Assembly: GCA_024275415.1 (NCBI GenBank)
Contig: JAJRZD010000020.1
Coordinates: 30,001-62,000 of the forward strand
Direction: 5' to 3'
Source: an archaeon
GTDB taxonomy: Archaea; Asgardarchaeota; Thorarchaeia; Thorarchaeales; Thorarchaeaceae
Length of the DNA: 32,000 bases
Shown: positions 24,783 to 32,000 of the stretch, one piece after another
Position numbering within the stretch: the stretch's first letter is position 1
How the letters are laid out: every line of letters starts with the position of its first letter
The notes under the pieces: model-generated
Seen by the model: only the letters and a program-made list of their open reading frames with translations
Database searches by the model: none
What the model was told of the DNA's origin: nothing
Program-made: the position numbers and the translations under genes

Positions 24783-25847
24783 TTATTCGGGGACAGGATA
24801 TAGCTTGTTATTGTGCTCAATGAGATAGATAGAGTCACCCGACACATACTGTCGGATCGATTCGTCATCAAGCTCGAGTATTTCGAATGTGTCCGATGCC
24901 ATTACCTGAAGAGGCTTCCCATAGACATTAGAAACGACAGTGAACTCGCGTTTGGAATCTCCCTCTGTGATGAATCTGATAGTCTTCCATTTCGAGCTCT
25001 TTGGAGAAACAGTGAACCTATGCCGTCTTACAAGGTCATAGCAGGTAAGTCCGCCCTTCCCCATCTTCAGAACTCGACATGGATTGCCTACAACCTCAAT
25101 GAAGTCCCCTGGCAAGAATTGAGGGAGTCGAAGAAGAATCGTTGTTCTGTACTTCTTCTTGCCGCCCCTGTCTTGGGAATATAACTTGAAATTCTCCTTT
25201 CTGCTCGCTAGGAATTGTGCCTCAACCTCTTCGGCAATCTTACGACAGAGTAAATCGGATCCGAGGTACAGATCCAAACCAAATTTTGTTTCATCTATCT
25301 GTAAAATGAAAGCACGAGTGTCTTTCCCGTATTCGGCAATAGTGCGTTCTTTGGCAATCTCAAGTATCTGATCCTGCTCTTCTTTTGTCAACGGCCGTTC
25401 ATCAGCCCGAATCTGTAGGGTCGCCTCATAATAACCGCCGCTCATCATTGAGCACGAATCGCAGGACATGTAGGAATACCGTATCTCTGTGGGGTATTCT
25501 TCTGTATGTGGTTCTAGGTCTGGAGCGGACTTTCCTGTCACAACTAGGCGTACCAACAGAACTCTATCCAATCGGTTCTCTTCAATAATATCCACACTCA
25601 GTCCCGGTACCAATGGGGTTATTTCCATATCTAGAAGTATGTCAATCTGTTCTGCCCTCTGTGCATCTTTGTTTTGTGATGACAGGGTCTTCCATCCGCC
25701 AGGAATTTTCACGGAGCCACACTTTTTGCAAATTGTTATAGACAGCGGAGAACTCACTTTGACTAGTGGATGCTCGTTGTTGTAACAATTCTGGCAGAGA
25801 CCATCCAGAATAGATGGCTCTCCACACAAATAGCAAGGAGATCTCAT
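24783..25847 (-). CDS. nmd3: NMD3 family large-subunit ribosome biogenesis factor
   Basis: Four CxxC pairs (CYLC, CQNC, CKKC, CDSC), followed by GGYYEATLQIR. The start is ATG 25847 or GTG 25856. Confidence 0.9.
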   Translation of the reverse strand: MRSPCYLCGEPSILDGLCQNCYNNEHPLVKVSSPLSITICKKCGSVKIPGGWKTLSSQNKDAQRAEQIDILLDMEITPLVPGLSVDIIEENRLDRVLLVRLVVTGKSAPDLEPHTEEYPTEIRYSYMSCDSCSMMSGGYYEATLQIRADERPLTKEEQDQILEIAKERTIAEYGKDTRAFILQIDETKFGLDLYLGSDLLCRKIAEEVEAQFLASRKENFKLYSQDRGGKKKYRTTILLRLPQFLPGDFIEVVGNPCRVLKMGKGGLTCYDLVRRHRFTVSPKSSKWKTIRFITEGDSKREFTVVSNVYGKPLQVMASDTFEILELDDESIRQYVSGDSIYLIEHNNKLYPVPE

Positions 25848-25946
25848 CGCGTCCACTGGAGTTTTGGACGTCTGAGATACTTATGAATTCAGTTGTAGGA
25901 GATGACGACTATATTCGCGAGAGTAGGGAACAGAAAAGTGTCAGTG

Positions 25947-26249
25947 CTAGAGCTTCATCCATTGGGCGTGAGGCTCCCCTTGGATGTAAAGGACAGCATT
26001 CTTATGGACGAGTCCGGCCTCAATTGCTGCTGTGACGGTGATCGTGCCAATCATGTTGGCAATGGTCGCGTTTTGGAGGTATTTGATGCAAGTTGCAGTG
26101 TCAACTAGATCACCTCCATAGAACTCCTTGCTTACATTGAAGCGTATCTCACCATCAATGAGAGTTCGTCCAAGTAGATTCTCATCACAAGCAGACACAA
26201 GTACGTGGTCCAATGTTTCACGAATTCGAACATAGACTGATTTTGACAT
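25947..26249 (-). CDS. DUF424 family protein
   Basis: Motifs LVSACDENLLG, VSKEFYGG, ANMIG and AIEAGLV, in the usual archaeal neighbourhood of aIF2beta. Confidence 0.88.
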   Translation of the reverse strand: MSKSVYVRIRETLDHVLVSACDENLLGRTLIDGEIRFNVSKEFYGGDLVDTATCIKYLQNATIANMIGTITVTAAIEAGLVHKNAVLYIQGEPHAQWMKL

Positions 26250-26259
26250 TGAAGGAACC

Positions 26260-26673
26260 TCATACAGGACGAATCGATGTGCTTGCCCCGCAGGCGGAGC
26301 ACTTCAGATAATATGCGTGTCCGTCCTTGTCCATGTTAGTATCGGGACGACCACACACAGGACAAAGGACATAGGCATCGATATATTTCGAAAGAACCTC
26401 ATTAACCGTATTTGCTGTAAATTTGCCTTGGAAAATAGCACTTCCACCCTCCATATTCCCAGCTGTTGCCAGCTGCCCAGCGACATATTTGAGTACCTCT
26501 TTGCCAGGCCTGTTGAGGACACCCAGAATCTCTTGGAAATTCTGCCAGATTGTCCTAGTCCCCTGGATCATCAGCTGGACATGAGGTACCTTGAATCGTT
26601 CACCAGAACGTTTGAACGCATCTTCAGGCACACTATCTCTTGCCCTTTCAAGCAATTTCTCGTAGTCGTCCAT
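26260..26673 (-). CDS. eif2b: Translation initiation factor aIF-2 subunit beta
   Basis: Motifs YEKLLERA, ERFKVP, NFQEI...LNRP, ELATAG-like QLATAG, and a C-terminal Zn ribbon CPVCGRPDT...CSACGA. Confidence 0.96.
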   Translation of the reverse strand: MDDYEKLLERARDSVPEDAFKRSGERFKVPHVQLMIQGTRTIWQNFQEILGVLNRPGKEVLKYVAGQLATAGNMEGGSAIFQGKFTANTVNEVLSKYIDAYVLCPVCGRPDTNMDKDGHAYYLKCSACGASTSIRPV

Positions 26674-26725
26674 GTATAATGTTTCCCCGTTAATAGTTAT
26701 TGAAGGTTCTGATTAGTCACATAGG

Positions 26726-27418
26726 CTAGTCGATAGGACGATAGACCCCGACCTCCTGTTCCATGATCAGTTCTTTGTCCACTAAATCAAGTATCTCCAG
26801 ATTGATCTGCCAAGCGTCAACACCCTTTTCCTCAAAATGAGATACGATGGTCTTGATACCTACACCATCCGGGTTATCATTATCGATGATATATTGGAGA
26901 ATCTCGCCAGCGACACCGCCAACGCCAGACTTCAGAGATGGTTTAGAAGGCGAGGACGGTTCGATAAATGATTCCAATGCGCCTTCACGGGTCGAATGCT
27001 GTTTGGTGGTATTGCCATCCTTATTTTGACGAAGAATGGTCATCTGGCGCTCGTACTTGTGGATAACAAGCAAGTTTGGATCATCAATTGGCTTGACAAT
27101 CTCAGGTGCAATATAGATCTCATCGTTATACTCTCGGATTCTACCAATCACCATGGCGAGGACATTCAAGTCAATCTTTTGCAGCAGAGATGCTTTAGCA
27201 CCCCATACCTTGGCACGGATGACTCCAGTGCCATCATCAAGTGTGATGCTAGCATAATTATTGTCGCCGGCAACCTGATCCACTATACTTCCTAGAAGGA
27301 ACACACGACGGAGTTCCACTCCTTGAGGAGTTATCACACGGAATCCCTCATCCTCACTATATTCGCCATCGAGTATATCACTAACAGATGCTCGGATCGC
27401 AGTCTGTCGCTCCTTCAC
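26726..27418 (-). CDS. Replication protein A subunit 2-like (OB fold + linker + winged helix)
   Basis: OB-fold motif RRVFLLGSIVD...LDDGTGVIRAKVW...IGRIREY, a low-complexity linker, and a C-terminal wH-like segment (EILQYI...GV-x2-WQINLEILDL...IMEQEVGVY). Confidence 0.8.
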   Translation of the reverse strand: MKERQTAIRASVSDILDGEYSEDEGFRVITPQGVELRRVFLLGSIVDQVAGDNNYASITLDDGTGVIRAKVWGAKASLLQKIDLNVLAMVIGRIREYNDEIYIAPEIVKPIDDPNLLVIHKYERQMTILRQNKDGNTTKQHSTREGALESFIEPSSPSKPSLKSGVGGVAGEILQYIIDNDNPDGVGIKTIVSHFEEKGVDAWQINLEILDLVDKELIMEQEVGVYRPID

Positions 27419-27482
27419 AGAATCATGTCACCTGCCTGCCAGATGTCTGTCGTGACCACCCTTTATAGAGTTCACTATTACA

Positions 27483-28517
27483 CTAGAAGAAATCAGACAA
27501 TGAGCTCTGTTGTACCCCCTCGCGTTCCGCTTCACGCTTCTGTATTAAGCGCTCAAGTGCAGCAGTCACACGGTTCGCACTAAAATCATGCTCTGAGCAG
27601 AGAATCATTGTGACCTCTTCGACGTTAGGATCTTCCCAAGAAAACGGTTTAACCTCCATATTGGGAGGGTCTAAGAATATCTTACGGATTTCCTCAAACG
27701 GGAAATCAATCGTGTATTTCCCTGATTCAATGATTCCTTCAATAGAACCAAACTCACGAATGAGTTTGAGCGCAGTCTTAGGACCTACCCGAGGAACCTT
27801 GTCATTGTAATCCGTTCCAACAAGTAAGGCGATATCAATCAGCTGCTCTCGTGAGATGCCTAACAATCTCAAGTTCAGGTCTAAATCAATCAATTCCGGA
27901 GAGATTATCTTGAAGGTATTAGTTCGTGAAACGCGTCTTTTGCCTGAAACTGAAAGGTTCCGTATCATTCTTGGACAATTATATAGGAGAGAGTCATTGT
28001 CTTGGCTTGCACTAGCATACACCATGTTCTCCCTAGCCATCTGTGCTGCCAGCGCTTCACCCTCAGACGGAGCTTGTATCCATGGGATACCCATTGCGGT
28101 CAACAGCCGCTTGCTCTCGTCAATCATCCCAGTGGTGAGTGTGGAGCTTGCCTGTGCTGCTTTTCGCGCATCATCGATTCGTCCTTCTTTCTTAGCAAGC
28201 TGCCATTCTTCAAATGCAGCTTCACGAACCGCTCGCCGCCTCTCAACTTCTCCAGACTTGAGTTTGGGCGGTTCACCATCAAAGACATAAACTGGAAGTA
28301 TCCCTTGTTCGAGAAGGTTCATATTGCGATAGAATATCCCGCTTAGGTGGCTAGTGACTCTTCCTTTCCGATCCATGAGGGGAGTTCCATCACGCTGTCT
28401 GATAGTGGAGAGAAATTGGTACAGGGTATTGAACGCATCTATAGCAACCTTCTTCCCTGCGAGATCAGATATTGTTATTTTCTGAGCTTGTATGATGTCA
28501 GAGAGTTTTGTCCCCAT
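27483..28517 (-). CDS. fen: Flap endonuclease 1
   Basis: MGTKL, AIDAFNTLYQFL, SHLSG, VFDG, APSEGEA, SQD-x-DSLL, GTDYN, GPKTA, and a C-terminal PIP box QSSLSDFF. The likely start is ATG 28517. Confidence 0.98.
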   Translation of the reverse strand: MGTKLSDIIQAQKITISDLAGKKVAIDAFNTLYQFLSTIRQRDGTPLMDRKGRVTSHLSGIFYRNMNLLEQGILPVYVFDGEPPKLKSGEVERRRAVREAAFEEWQLAKKEGRIDDARKAAQASSTLTTGMIDESKRLLTAMGIPWIQAPSEGEALAAQMARENMVYASASQDNDSLLYNCPRMIRNLSVSGKRRVSRTNTFKIISPELIDLDLNLRLLGISREQLIDIALLVGTDYNDKVPRVGPKTALKLIREFGSIEGIIESGKYTIDFPFEEIRKIFLDPPNMEVKPFSWEDPNVEEVTMILCSEHDFSANRVTAALERLIQKREAEREGVQQSSLSDFF

Positions 28518-28670
28518 TGAATCCGCTCCAACACTCAGTAGGAGTGGTTTATCATATATCATTTGAGGAGTGCTTCCTAATGAGTACTCTTCGGTAAGTT
28601 TATAATATTCCCAAAGGTGGCGACAGGAGACCAACACCAAATATTTGGCTCTGGTGATACTTTGTCAACA

Positions 28671-28838
28671 ATGAAGACGATTAGGTGCACATCGTGCCAC
28701 GGTTCAATTTCTCCCAAGGAGGATAGTGTAAAGATGCAATGCCCAAACTGTGGAGTTGCTACAATATGGCGTTGCGGATCATGCAGGAAGTTCTCTAACC
28801 GGTATTCCTGCCCAAACTGTGGCTTTGAGGGGCCATGA
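28671..28838 (+). CDS. Small Zn-ribbon protein (DUF1610 / HVO_2753-like)
   Basis: CTSC...CPNCG...WRCGSCRKFSNRYSCPNCGFEGP, in the conserved position upstream of aEF1beta. The likely start is ATG 28671. Confidence 0.92.
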   Translation: MKTIRCTSCHGSISPKEDSVKMQCPNCGVATIWRCGSCRKFSNRYSCPNCGFEGP

Positions 28839-28855
28839 TTCAAGGAGAGATAGAA

Positions 28856-29125
28856 ATGGCAAGAGTGATTATCACAATTAGAGTGATGCCTGTAGATATT
28901 GATGTGGATCTAGAAGGTCTACTTGAACAAATCAGACAGAACATCCCTGAAGGCACTGATGTTAGAGCGAATGAGATCGTGCCTGTCGCATTTGGTCTCA
29001 AGGCACTCAGGATAAATCTGGCAAGAGACGAATCGTTAGGGGGAACTGACGATATCGAAGAGGCAATCAGCAACCTTGAGGGCGTTTCACAAGTCGAGGT
29101 TGAGGTTGTTTCAAGAATCTCTTGA
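28856..29125 (+). CDS. ef1b: Translation elongation factor aEF-1beta
   Basis: RVMPVDIDVDL, PVAFGLKAL and EGVSQVEV. ATG 28856 follows GGAG. Confidence 0.95.
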   Translation: MARVIITIRVMPVDIDVDLEGLLEQIRQNIPEGTDVRANEIVPVAFGLKALRINLARDESLGGTDDIEEAISNLEGVSQVEVEVVSRIS

Positions 29126-29163
29126 TAGACGAAATGCCACCTAGTTTATCTCATAACTCATAG

Positions 29164-29198
29164 TTTAAATTAATAATTTCCCGCCGGTGCATACCGGC
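29164..29198 (+). promoter_or_regulatory. Putative TATA region and downstream hairpin of the cdc48 promoter
   Basis: TTTAAATTAATAA is followed by GCCGGT-GCAT-ACCGGC (29183-29198). Confidence 0.35.
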
Positions 29199-29268
29199 CA
29201 CTAACATAGTCGGTTATATGGGACAGACAAGACTCAATAGTGATAGTCTGTACACAAAGGAGATATAG

Positions 29269-31512
<2,244 letters not shown>

Positions 31513-31521
31513 TGAAGTCAA

Positions 31522-31782
31522 GTGGCACCATGGAATGCTATACCCTTAAGGAATCTGATCCTGAACATAATCCACAAACGGAAAGGGATTATCCTTGATG
31601 ATGAGCTGATTCGGGCTTTGGAGAAGGAAAACGGAACAAAACCCAGTGAGGCCGAGTTGAACTCCGCCCTCCTAAAACTAGAGATAAATGGCATTGTCCA
31701 TGTCAGTCAAATCACAAAAACAAAGCGACGAATCGAGGTTATCACCGAAGCACATGAATTCCTTCATGTAGATGAAGACTGA
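31522..31782 (+). CDS. Small winged-helix-like protein downstream of cdc48
   Basis: An 86-aa ORF 9 nt after cdc48, with a helix-helix-helix-wing pattern (ELNSALLKLEINGIVHV). Confidence 0.7.
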   Translation: MAPWNAIPLRNLILNIIHKRKGIILDDELIRALEKENGTKPSEAELNSALLKLEINGIVHVSQITKTKRRIEVITEAHEFLHVDED

Positions 31783-31808
31783 CTGCCTATTACTAGGAGG
31801 TATGGCCA

Positions 31809-32000
31809 TTGTCGGGAAAAAAAGTACTGGCAGCTGGCAAGTTCGATATATTGCATCTCGGGCATCTGGCATATCTCGAACAGGCGAAGGAACTCGCGGG
31901 CCAAGAAGGACAACTCATTGTTGTGATTGCTAGGGATGATACTATTACACGGGAGAGAGGGGCTCCTCCAGTGTTTCCACAAGAACAGAGACGAAGACTT
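31809..32000 (+). CDS. ribL: FAD synthase / cytidylyltransferase family protein, 3' end truncated by the window (not in ORF track)
   Basis: TTG after GGAGGT reads MSGKKVLAAGKFDILHLGHLAYLEQAKELAGQEGQLIVVIARDDT...PVFPQEQRRRL, containing the HxGH motif and VIARD. Confidence 0.88.
   Translation, partial: MSGKKVLAAGKFDILHLGHLAYLEQAKELAGQEGQLIVVIARDDTITRERGAPPVFPQEQRRRL

Noticed and set aside
20305-26673. The aIF1A-RIO1-KH-top6B-top6A and NMD3-DUF424-aIF2beta clusters as a novel system
   Set aside because: These gene neighbourhoods are widely conserved and well known in archaea.
29201-29217. An HSR1-type heat-shock operator upstream of cdc48 (CTAAC...GTTA)
   Set aside because: The spacing is N7 and the right half is GTTAT, which does not match the CTAAC-N5-GTTAG palindrome as I recall it.

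Overview
This is a gene-dense archaeal chromosomal segment, most likely from an Asgard archaeon (Thorarchaeia-like). That placement is inferred from a ribophorin-I-like gene, a longin-like domain and the archaeal informational genes. It is mostly housekeeping: the end of rpl12, the aIF1A-RIO1-KH-top6B-top6A cluster, NMD3-DUF424-aIF2beta, RPA2-like, FEN1, Zn-finger plus aEF1beta, CDC48, ribL (partial), gcvPA/PB, an MtaB-type methylthiotransferase, thiL and Trm112. I found no CRISPR array, transposase or integrase. Four tRNA genes are present, all with encoded CCA, and each is split by a short bulge-helix-bulge intron at a different position: Arg-UCU in the D-loop (19/20), Thr-CGU in the T-arm (53/54), Leu-GAG in the variable arm and Gln-UUG at the canonical 37/38. 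The most unusual element is a 985-aa membrane protein. It fuses a DOMON-like domain with an FKBP-type PPIase inserted in it, an Ig-like domain, and a ribophorin I (OST1)-like luminal domain with TM helix and helical tail. It is transcribed divergently from the GlcNAc-1-P transferase that starts N-glycan assembly, which suggests a coupled glycosylation and folding quality-control module. A 7-TM protein fused to a longin-like domain is a candidate membrane sensor. All family assignments come from motif recognition by eye; no database search was run.
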